The notes under the pieces were generated by a model. That model was given only the letters and a program-made list of their open reading frames with translations, was not told the DNA's origin and did not search any database. Positions 8,960-16,903 of a stretch of DNA of 64,000 nt are shown piece after piece. Made by a program: the position numbers and the translations under genes. The stretch covers positions 2,041-66,040 of the forward strand of contig QZKB01000012.1 of NCBI GenBank assembly GCA_003599415.1, read 5' to 3'. The DNA is from Ignavibacteriales bacterium. GTDB taxonomy: Bacteria > Bacteroidota > Ignavibacteria > Ignavibacteriales > SURF-24. Within the stretch, counting starts at the first letter, position 1; every line of letters starts with the position of its first letter.

Positions 8960-8994
8960 GAGCCCCATTTAAACTTTTTCATAATGAAGAAGTT

Positions 8995-9041
8995 CAGCCT
9001 CTCCCCTTGGGGGAGAGGTTTGGAGAGGGGCCGGAGGCCTT
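8995..9041 (+). repeat. GC-rich hairpin island between sigma and anti-sigma genes
   Basis: Perfect 9-bp hairpin CCTCTCCCC-ttg-GGGGAGAGG (8998-9018). A second GGAGAGGGG lies at 9022-9030. GGCC-gga-GGCC contains GGAGG 4 nt before the ATG at 9042. Confidence 0.8.
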
Positions 9042-9509
9042 ATGAATTGCGAAAATTATCAGATGTTAATACAATCTTTTCTTGACGGCGAACTTGAGAA
9101 GGAAAAAGAAGGAATTGTTTTTACTCATCTTTCAGCCTGCCAGGATTGTCGTGAGTTTATGAAAGGAATAAACTTTCTTAATTCAACTGCACAGGATGAA
9201 ATAAAGGAATTTCCGTTATCCCTTGATGAAAGGATAATGCGCGCCATTGAAAAACGTGAAACTAAAACACAAAGCAACATCTTTACTTTCAGAATGCCGG
9301 CTTACGTTTCCTATGCATTAGGAGTTGTAATAATTATACTTGGACTTTACTTATTTGATACAACAAGAGAGTACCGCATTGAAATGCGCGAAGCCGTAAA
9401 TACAATGAAAGAACAAAACCAGCAGATCCAACAAATAATGAACAGTCTGCCGGAAGCGGAAGTAAAAGCAGAAATGCAAAATGCAATAATCGTTCAAGCC
9501 AAAATGTGA
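9042..9509 (+). CDS. Anti-sigma factor (zf-HC2 type, single TM)
   Basis: HLSACQDC (H-x3-C-x2-C) zinc-finger anti-sigma motif near the N-terminus, a central TM helix, and a position directly after the ECF sigma gene. Confidence 0.75.
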   Translation: MNCENYQMLIQSFLDGELEKEKEGIVFTHLSACQDCREFMKGINFLNSTAQDEIKEFPLSLDERIMRAIEKRETKTQSNIFTFRMPAYVSYALGVVIIILGLYLFDTTREYRIEMREAVNTMKEQNQQIQQIMNSLPEAEVKAEMQNAIIVQAKM

Positions 9510-9517
9510 GGTGGAAA

Positions 9518-10348
9518 ATGAAACCGAGAATTATTTTTGTCGTAACTATTTTTTTATCACTTTTATTTTATTCTTGTAAGGAGAATAAAATAACTATTAT
9601 TCCGAATGAAGATTTTGAGTATAAAAAATTTCCTGAAGTGGTGGCGAAAGTTAAAAATTCAATCCCGGAATTAGAGGAGATGTTTGAGAAAATTCATCCG
9701 GTTGGAAAAGATTCAACACTTAAAAACAGTTTTCTTGCATTGTATATAAGTGAAAAAGGGGCGATAGAAAAGACTAAAGTAATATTAAGTGTTGATAGTG
9801 AAACAGATGTGAAATTTGTAAATGCTTTGGAAGCGGTTCATTTTGAACCTGCAACAGATAAAGGACAGAAAATAAAATCTCAACTAGCTATGCAAATTCT
9901 TTCTTTAAAAAAAATGAACTCAGATCAAAGAAGTTGGAAAGTAATTTTTTCTCCCTGGTCTCAGTATGAAAAAATTCCAACAACAGATCCAAAATATCAA
10001 GTTCAGGACTTTAGTAATAAGCCACTCGATGAGGAACCATTAATTTTCGTCGAGCAAATGCCTAATTATAAAGGTGGCAATGATGCATTACTAAAGTTTT
10101 TAGGAGGGAATATCATGTATCCTGAACTTGCAAAACGTGCAGGCATACAGGGTAAAGTAATGGTTGAGTTTGTGGTTGATAAACAGGGTAAAGTAAGAAA
10201 TGCAAGAGTGCTTAAAGGTATTGGCGCCGGATGTGATGAAGAAGCCATTCGTGTTATTAATATGATGAAAGACTGGGAACCGGGCAAACAGGCAGGTAAA
10301 CCCGTAAATGTAAAAATGGTAATTCCTATTCATTTTAAACTTCAATAA
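9518..10348 (+). CDS. TonB C-terminal domain lipoprotein
   Basis: Lipobox-like LLFYSC. C-terminal YPELAKRAGIQGKVMVEFVVDKQGKVRNARVLKGIGAGCDEEAIRVI...PVNVKMVIPIHFKL equals TonB_C. I prefer the ATG at 9518 (gaggtgg upstream) over the GTG at 9506. Confidence 0.75.
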   Translation: MKPRIIFVVTIFLSLLFYSCKENKITIIPNEDFEYKKFPEVVAKVKNSIPELEEMFEKIHPVGKDSTLKNSFLALYISEKGAIEKTKVILSVDSETDVKFVNALEAVHFEPATDKGQKIKSQLAMQILSLKKMNSDQRSWKVIFSPWSQYEKIPTTDPKYQVQDFSNKPLDEEPLIFVEQMPNYKGGNDALLKFLGGNIMYPELAKRAGIQGKVMVEFVVDKQGKVRNARVLKGIGAGCDEEAIRVINMMKDWEPGKQAGKPVNVKMVIPIHFKLQ

Positions 10349-10373
10349 AACAAAACATATAAAGGAGAATTAT

Positions 10374-10784
10374 ATGAAGCAGATTCGTTTCTTGTTTGTT
10401 CTAACACTCATGTTAGTTTCTGTGCTGGCAATAAATAAAACAAGTTATGCACAGGAAGTACAGAAAGAAAAGGTTTATACAGATGCAGATGTTCTGCCGG
10501 AATATCCTGGTGGAATAGACGCCTTAATTAAGGAAATTGTACAAAACATTAAGTACCCGCAAAAAGCAAAGGAAGAAAACATACAGGGAAAAGTTTTAGT
10601 ACAATTCGTTGTTAAAAAAGACGGAAGTGTAACCGACGTAAAAGTACTTGAAGGAATTGATAAAGCCTGTGATGAGGAAGCGGTAAGAGTTGTTAAAGAA
10701 CTTAAACAATTTAAACCCGGTACAAAAGATGGTAAAGCAGTTGCAGTACAAATGGTTCTGCCCATTGCATTTAAACTTAGCTGA
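10374..10784 (+). CDS. Secreted TonB C-terminal domain protein (paralog of previous gene)
   Basis: Cleavable-looking signal peptide (…SYAQE), then YPQKAKEENIQGKVLVQFVVKKDGSVTDVKVLEGIDKACDEEAVRVV...AVQMVLPIAFKL. Confidence 0.75.
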   Translation: MKQIRFLFVLTLMLVSVLAINKTSYAQEVQKEKVYTDADVLPEYPGGIDALIKEIVQNIKYPQKAKEENIQGKVLVQFVVKKDGSVTDVKVLEGIDKACDEEAVRVVKELKQFKPGTKDGKAVAVQMVLPIAFKLS

Positions 10785-10809
10785 TAATAATTACCAATAA
10801 AAGATTTCT

Positions 10810-10891
10810 CTTACGCGTCTTTGCGTCTTGGCAGTTCCCTCGTCTCCGCTCGGGATGAAAACTGTGGAGTTGCAAAGGCGCTAAGGTTTTT
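10810..10891 (+). terminator. Long imperfect inverted repeat followed by T6
   Basis: Arms cttacgcgtctttgcgtcttggcagtt / aactgtggagttgcaaaggcgctaagg are complementary apart from 1 indel and several mismatches. They are followed by tttttt. The element is GC-rich relative to its flanks. Confidence 0.5.
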
Positions 10892-10921
10892 TAAAATTCT
10901 TATAAAACAATCTGGTTTAAA

Positions 10922-12220
10922 ATGAAAAGACTAATAATTTTATCTGCTTCAATTCTCCTTTTTACAAAATTATCTTTTCCGCAAACAGAAAATGCTTTTA
11001 TAAAGATCGATTCATTGTTAATGGGGGAAAATTATAAAACCGCAATAACCGAGCTCAACCTGGTTATTGCAAATGATTCGGCAAACATAAAAGCTTACTT
11101 AAAACTTGGACAGGCTTACCAGGAAAATTATCAGAACAACAAAGCAATTTCTGTTTTACAAAAAGCATCTCAAAAAGATAGCAGTCTGGTAATACAATTA
11201 TTGCTGGCAAAGAGCTATTACAACCTTGGTTTTAATGATAAAGCCGAGAAAATTTATTCAACAGTTTATAGGCAGGATTCAACAAATAAATCCGTTGCAA
11301 TAAATCTTGCAAGGATTTACCAGGATAAACATAAGTATAAACCTGCAATGGAAATCTACAATACTTTATTAAAAGATGATTCGGCTGATACTTTCATAAA
11401 TAAACAATTTGCTTTCTGCCTGATGAAGCTGGACAGTTTGGAACTATCCTTAAAGTTTTATCAGCGTTCATTGGATTTGAATCCTGAAGATGTAAGCTCA
11501 GCAGTTCAGATGGCAACAATCTGTTCAAAACTTGGCAGGCAGGATTCCGCAATTCAGTTTGTGGATTACGGCTTGTCATACTTTCCCGATGATCCGGGAT
11601 TTAATAAAATAAAAGCCGAGATTCTTTTTAAGAAGGATGATTACAAACAGGCAATAACATATTACGAAAAAGTTATTCAACTTGGCGACAGCACTTATCC
11701 CGTTTACCAGAACCTTGGTTACAGTTATTTCTTTTATGCCGGGCAGGATAGTAATTTCAAAGTAAGTGCAGATTATCTTAAAGACAAAAATGCCGCTTAT
11801 GCAAATGCAATTAGTGCTTTTGAAAAATCTTATCGGTTAGGAAATGAAAATTATTATTTATGCTATTATGCCGCCCAGGCAGCTGATAAAATAAATGAAC
11901 TTAACAAAGCTATATTTTTCTATAATGAAGTCATCCGTTTAACCGTGCCTACTTTTATTGATAAGATTTATAAAATGCTTGGATTGAATTACCAGGTAAA
12001 GGGAAGGTATGAGGAATCAATTGAAGCCTATAAGAAATCCCTGTTTTATGAGCCTAACAATTTTGAAGCGATGTGGACAATTGGAATGTTGTACTCTGAA
12101 ATGTTAAAGGATAAAGATAAAGCAATAAAATTTTATGAAAATTATCTGAAGGATATGGGCGATAAAAAAAATGACATGAGATTTTTGGTAGAGGCAAGAC
12201 TGAAAGAGTTAAGGAAATAG
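10922..12220 (+). CDS. Tetratricopeptide (TPR) repeat protein with signal peptide
   Basis: Repeated 34-aa A/Y/L patterns (e.g. AYLKLGQAYQENYQNNKAI, YQNLGYSYFF, MLGLNYQVKGRYEESIEAYKKSL). Confidence 0.75.
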   Translation: MKRLIILSASILLFTKLSFPQTENAFIKIDSLLMGENYKTAITELNLVIANDSANIKAYLKLGQAYQENYQNNKAISVLQKASQKDSSLVIQLLLAKSYYNLGFNDKAEKIYSTVYRQDSTNKSVAINLARIYQDKHKYKPAMEIYNTLLKDDSADTFINKQFAFCLMKLDSLELSLKFYQRSLDLNPEDVSSAVQMATICSKLGRQDSAIQFVDYGLSYFPDDPGFNKIKAEILFKKDDYKQAITYYEKVIQLGDSTYPVYQNLGYSYFFYAGQDSNFKVSADYLKDKNAAYANAISAFEKSYRLGNENYYLCYYAAQAADKINELNKAIFFYNEVIRLTVPTFIDKIYKMLGLNYQVKGRYEESIEAYKKSLFYEPNNFEAMWTIGMLYSEMLKDKDKAIKFYENYLKDMGDKKNDMRFLVEARLKELRK

Positions 12221-12223
12221 ACT

Positions 12224-12871
12224 TTACAGTTCGCGTGTAAACTGTCTTTCTTCATATTCGGCAGCAGCTTCTTTTATTAATTGAAGCGCGTAAGGTTCTT
12301 CATCAAATTCAATATTGTTATAAATATCTGCAAGTTTAAGAATGCATTCGGCTGAATTGATCCGGAATTTATCTTTAAGTGAATTATATTCTTTGAGTTT
12401 CCATTCATCATTTTCGGATTTGGTATAATGAACAACACTAATCCTATCCTGTGCAACAAGAATATATTCATTAAGTGATTGGAGTTTGCGGTAAAATGAA
12501 AATTTCATTCCCCTGTCATAGCTTTCAGTTGATTTGGATAATACTTCAAAAATGACCACGGGATTTAATAATGTATCAGTAGTTTTATCAAGAAACAGAG
12601 GCTTGTTGCATACAACGGAAATATCAGGATACACAAAAGTGTTGTAATCTTTTATATAAACTTTCATATCTGTATGCAGAGCTTTACAACTGCTATTCTT
12701 TAGCTTCGAATGGAGTTTAGCTAAAATATTTCCGCAAATCAAATTGTGTTTGAACGTTGCTCCGGCAAGTGCATAAGTTTTACCGTTTCTGTATTCGTTC
12801 CTTCCCTCACTGGTCCGTTCAATCTCAAGATATTCTTCAACACTTAATAATTTATTTTTATTTGCCTGCAT
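12224..12871 (-). CDS. Uma2 family (DUF820) putative endonuclease
   Basis: N-terminal ...SVEEYLEIERTSEGRNEYRNGKTYALAGATFKHNLI..., then YPDISVVC and ...VVIFEVLSKST, the PD-(D/E)xK-like Uma2 pattern. Confidence 0.75.
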   Translation of the reverse strand: MQANKNKLLSVEEYLEIERTSEGRNEYRNGKTYALAGATFKHNLICGNILAKLHSKLKNSSCKALHTDMKVYIKDYNTFVYPDISVVCNKPLFLDKTTDTLLNPVVIFEVLSKSTESYDRGMKFSFYRKLQSLNEYILVAQDRISVVHYTKSENDEWKLKEYNSLKDKFRINSAECILKLADIYNNIEFDEEPYALQLIKEAAAEYEERQFTREL

Positions 12872-12933
12872 TTCTATTCTCTATTTTTTTCAAAATGAAA
12901 TTAAAAGATGCTGAATAAAAAATCTGTTAAAAT

Positions 12934-12961
12934 TAAAAAGGGATAACGTTTGTTATCCCTT
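12934..12961 (-). terminator. Rho-independent terminator of rseP
   Basis: AGGGATAAC-gttt-GTTATCCCT stem. On the minus strand it is followed by a TTTTT run. It lies 14 nt after the rseP stop. Confidence 0.65.
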
Positions 12962-12974
12962 TCAAGTTAATTTC

Positions 12975-14330
12975 TTATAAACTGATTATATCGTTATAAA
13001 TTATGAATACCATAAAAAGTATAAGAATTACAAATCCAGTATTCTGAATTGCAACTTTAACCTTTACAGGAATTTCCCGTTTGATCAATCCTTCAATTAA
13101 TATTATTACAAGATGACCACCGTCTAAAACAGGGAAGGGAAGTATGTTAAGAATTGCAAGACTCAAACTCAGCATAGCAAGGAAGAAAACAAAAGCTGTA
13201 AAACCTGTATCGGCAGATTTAGCAGCAAATTGTGCAATCTTAACAGGTCCGCCAAACGCAGATGAGAATTCAATATTACCAACAATAACATTCTTAAGCA
13301 TTGTTATTGTTAAAACTGTGTACTTGCCAATATCGGTTACACCATAGTACATGGATTCAAAGAAGCCATAAGTTTTTAATTCAACCTTGCCTGTAAAACG
13401 CTCTGCAAAGTAAATTCCAATTTTACCGTCTGCACCAGGTGTTACGGCAAGCTGAAGAGTGTCTTTCCCTCTCATTACAACCAAAGGCAATTGCTTTTCT
13501 TTATTTGAAGAAATGATACCTGTAGTTTGTACATCCTTGAAGATAGGAACATTATTCAGCCTAAGAAAAACATCACCAGGTTTTAAGCCTGCAGCCTGTG
13601 CAGGAGAATTGTTAAGGACACTATCGATTGCAACTATAAAACCGGCAGGGAATAACATCAATCCTTTTTTCATATCGGTTGGCAAAGAATTACGTTTAAT
13701 GAAAATATTTTCTTCTTTACCGTTCCTGTCTATTTTAATATTAATGTCTTTTCCAATGTTATCAACAAAAAGTTTCGTGTATATATCTTCCCAGTAAATA
13801 ACCTGCTCGCCGTTTACTGATAAGATTTTATCGTGGCTTTGTAAACCTGCTTTTTCAAAAGGGCTGTTCTCTGTAACGTAGCCGACAGTATTTGCTTTAT
13901 AAAACTGTTTTGGCTGGAAAAAATTTGTTGCCCAGAAAACAATAAAAGCAAGCAGAACATTCATAGCAACACCGCCTGTAATAACGACAGCTTTTTTCCA
14001 GGTTTTCTGAGCACGGAATTCCCATGGCTGCGGTTCAGCACTTAGGAATTTAACATCCATACTTTCATCAATCATTCCTGCAATTTTTACGTAGCCGCCA
14101 AAAGGTAATAAACTAAAACGATAATCTGTATTGCCCTGGCCGTCAAAATCTTCCGGCAAATCTCCGAAAGTAAAGCCTGTAATTTTATTCCATCCGAACA
14201 AGCGCTTACCAAATCCTATTGTAAAGGTATCAACACGCATTCCTGTTAGTTTAGCAGTTATGAAGTGCCCGAACTCATGTACAAACACGATTATAATAAT
14301 TGTTAAAAGAAAATAAATAATGTAATTCAT
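12975..14330 (-). CDS. rseP: RIP site-2 metalloprotease RseP (M50)
   Basis: HEFGHF zinc motif in the first TM, PDZ-like middle region, and a C-terminal ...NILPFPVLDGGH motif. Confidence 0.9.
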   Translation of the reverse strand: MNYIIYFLLTIIIIVFVHEFGHFITAKLTGMRVDTFTIGFGKRLFGWNKITGFTFGDLPEDFDGQGNTDYRFSLLPFGGYVKIAGMIDESMDVKFLSAEPQPWEFRAQKTWKKAVVITGGVAMNVLLAFIVFWATNFFQPKQFYKANTVGYVTENSPFEKAGLQSHDKILSVNGEQVIYWEDIYTKLFVDNIGKDINIKIDRNGKEENIFIKRNSLPTDMKKGLMLFPAGFIVAIDSVLNNSPAQAAGLKPGDVFLRLNNVPIFKDVQTTGIISSNKEKQLPLVVMRGKDTLQLAVTPGADGKIGIYFAERFTGKVELKTYGFFESMYYGVTDIGKYTVLTITMLKNVIVGNIEFSSAFGGPVKIAQFAAKSADTGFTAFVFFLAMLSLSLAILNILPFPVLDGGHLVIILIEGLIKREIPVKVKVAIQNTGFVILILFMVFIIYNDIISL

Positions 14331-14347
14331 TTAGAAGTTTCTCCTGT

Positions 14348-15493
14348 CTACGTAAAAAGTTTCTCTGCGAATTCTCTTGTTTGTCTATCGCACTCAATTA
14401 TAGTATCAATATCCGGTGATTTATGGTTCTCTATTTTGTCCAATGATTCTTTAATCATTTCAGGAATCTGTGTAAAATTAATGCATCCATTTAAAAATTT
14501 TGAAACCGCTATTTCATTAGATGCATTCAATATACAAGAAGTTGTACCTTCTTGTTCCAAAACCTGGTAAGCGAGTTTAAGACATTCAAATCTCTCGTAA
14601 TCCGGTTCATAAAAGCTAAGATTTTTAATATCCGGAAATTTTGTTTCCACATACCGGCTTTTAAATCTTTCAGGATAAGAAAGCGCAAATTGAATCGGCA
14701 GTTTCATATCCGGTAAACTAAGCTGAGCTTTTATGGAGCCGTCAATAAATTCAATCATAGAATGAATAACTGATTGAGGATGAATCACAACTTCTATTTT
14801 TTTCTGGCTAAAGCCGAACAACCAGTGAGCTTCAATTACTTCCAATCCTTTATTCATCATTGAAGCGGAATCTATTGTAATCTTGTTACCCATTTTCCAG
14901 TTCGGATGTGTTAATGCTTCTTTAATTGAAACCTTCTTAAGCATTTCCTTATTATGATTAAGAAATGGTCCGCCTGAAGCTGTTATTATTAACTTTTCAA
15001 CTTCCTCAATCTTTTCACCAATCAAGCACTGGAAAATGGCGCTATGCTCTGAATCTATGGGCAGAAGCTGTGAATTATTTTCTTTAAGCAATTTCGTAAT
15101 CAGTTCACCTGCAACAACAAGAGTTTCTTTATTGGCAAGTGCAATTCTTTTCCCTCGTTTAATCCCTTCAATTGTAGGCGCCAAACCAACAAATCCAACC
15201 AAGGAGCTTACTAATACATCGTAATCTTCATTTTTTGCAGCAGCAGCTAAATTCTGTTCGCCAGCAAGTACTTCGAATTTTCCATTTAATCTTTTATTAA
15301 GTGCTACAGCGGCAATTTTATCGCTTACAACCACTGTTGATGGTCTGAATTCAAGAATCTGTTTTTCTAATAAACCGATATTTGAGTTTGCTGTTAAACC
15401 AGTTACTATGAATTTATCCGGGAAGCATTTGATAACTTCCAGGGTATTAACACCAATTGAACCGGTTGAACCTAAAATAAAAACTTTTTTCAT
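14348..15493 (-). CDS. dxr: 1-deoxy-D-xylulose 5-phosphate reductoisomerase
   Basis: ILGSTGSIG NADPH loop, LANKE, DSEHSAIFQC, HPNW.MG.KITIDSA..MNKGLE motifs. Confidence 0.95.
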   Translation of the reverse strand: MKKVFILGSTGSIGVNTLEVIKCFPDKFIVTGLTANSNIGLLEKQILEFRPSTVVVSDKIAAVALNKRLNGKFEVLAGEQNLAAAAKNEDYDVLVSSLVGFVGLAPTIEGIKRGKRIALANKETLVVAGELITKLLKENNSQLLPIDSEHSAIFQCLIGEKIEEVEKLIITASGGPFLNHNKEMLKKVSIKEALTHPNWKMGNKITIDSASMMNKGLEVIEAHWLFGFSQKKIEVVIHPQSVIHSMIEFIDGSIKAQLSLPDMKLPIQFALSYPERFKSRYVETKFPDIKNLSFYEPDYERFECLKLAYQVLEQEGTTSCILNASNEIAVSKFLNGCINFTQIPEMIKESLDKIENHKSPDIDTIIECDRQTREFAEKLFT

Positions 15494-15570
15494 CTGTTTA
15501 ACTTTTAACCAGTCAAAAATTAACCAAGAAACGGCTCTTTATCAATGTAAAAGTCTTTATTCAAAACAGA

Positions 15571-16059
15571 TTAAATAAACCTGTGAGTTATTGCCAAAAG
15601 AAGATTTATAAGAACAAGTACATTGGATAAAGTTATAACCGAGTATAAACCAGATAAATTTTTGAAGAAATTATCGTCAAGATTTTCGTTTGAATTTAAA
15701 TCTGAAATCAGCTTTGTTCTAAGAGCTTTAGCCTTGGGTACGATCAGAAAAGCTGTTAAAAAAACTAAAATCACCATTATGATTTGTTTAGTTGCAAGCC
15801 AATGGTTGGCAGAAAAATCGAAAAATCCGTAGAAAGGCAGATTGAGAACCAACAGAATACCCGTAACAAGAACACCTGTCATTCCAATTGCACCTGTTAA
15901 ATTCCCCTGTTTTAAATAGAAAGAAATAAACTTTTTCTGTTCAGGTTTTCCTTTGGAATTGGCGATATACTGACGAAGTAAAACATCAGCCGGAAGAAAA
16001 CTTAACCAGATAACGGCAGATAAAATATGAATAACAAGTAAAATTGCGTGATATAGCAT
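15571..16059 (-). CDS. Hypothetical 4-TM membrane protein
   Basis: Four hydrophobic helices. No family recognised. Confidence 0.45.
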   Translation of the reverse strand: MLYHAILLVIHILSAVIWLSFLPADVLLRQYIANSKGKPEQKKFISFYLKQGNLTGAIGMTGVLVTGILLVLNLPFYGFFDFSANHWLATKQIIMVILVFLTAFLIVPKAKALRTKLISDLNSNENLDDNFFKNLSGLYSVITLSNVLVLINLLLAITHRFI

Positions 16060-16162
16060 CCAATTGCTCCATTAATTTTAATTTTGTTCTACCTAAACAA
16101 TTATAACTGAAATAAAATTTCCTAATTCTTCCAGGTAGATTAAAAAAATGGATAAAATTTTT

Positions 16163-16876
16163 CTAATGTAAATATTCTTCGAAAAGAGATTCGAATTCTT
16201 CAATCGAATTCTGTTCTAATAAAAGAGAAATAAACTCTGCAAAGTTGTTTAATACAATTATTGAGTTTACAGTTGTATCCTGTAACTCAAGGTTGGCAAT
16301 TTTTTCACAAACGTACTGGTTTACAATTTTAATTTCCTCATAAGATTTAGCAAGGTTTTCAAGAAGCCAGTCCGGCTTTAATCCATTTGTGAACCTGAAA
16401 TATTGTGCAAGTAAGTACATAGAAAACGCTCTGAAAGCAGTCTCTTCGAGGGATGAAAACGGTAAATGAAACTTGACCAGAGGTTTTAGCTTTGCCATAA
16501 TTCTGCACCCGCTTGCAGTCATAAGAATTCCGATTAAAGAACCTACTGCTGTTTGAAGTGATGTCATTGTTGAATAAGTCCTTTCCTCAGTAATTACCTG
16601 GACGTTTATTTTTTCATAAGAAGGGAAAGTGCTGAAGAAAATTAAAATATCATCCAGCCCTGTGGCAACAGGGCAATAGTCACCAGGCTTTAATGATTGA
16701 ATACAGTTTGGACATGAAAAATTCTGATGCTGAGTCCAGCTGGAATGCGTATTCTTATTACTTATTAAATTTAATGTTGTCCTGTCTAACTTAATTTCAA
16801 ATTCTTTTTCCGTTCCATTCTGAAAAAAGAACTTATATGTAATTAAAATGTGCTGGCGTAAATTTTTTGTTGGCAT
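16163..16876 (-). CDS. Hypothetical Cys-rich protein, probable partner of the upstream giant ORF
   Basis: The start lies 27 nt downstream of the 1519-aa ORF on the same strand. It contains FSCPNC...DYCPVATG...ASGC cysteines. No family recognised. Confidence 0.6.
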   Translation of the reverse strand: MPTKNLRQHILITYKFFFQNGTEKEFEIKLDRTTLNLISNKNTHSSWTQHQNFSCPNCIQSLKPGDYCPVATGLDDILIFFSTFPSYEKINVQVITEERTYSTMTSLQTAVGSLIGILMTASGCRIMAKLKPLVKFHLPFSSLEETAFRAFSMYLLAQYFRFTNGLKPDWLLENLAKSYEEIKIVNQYVCEKIANLELQDTTVNSIIVLNNFAEFISLLLEQNSIEEFESLFEEYLH

Positions 16877-16903
16877 ATTTTCCTCTTAATAATTTCTACC
16901 ATG

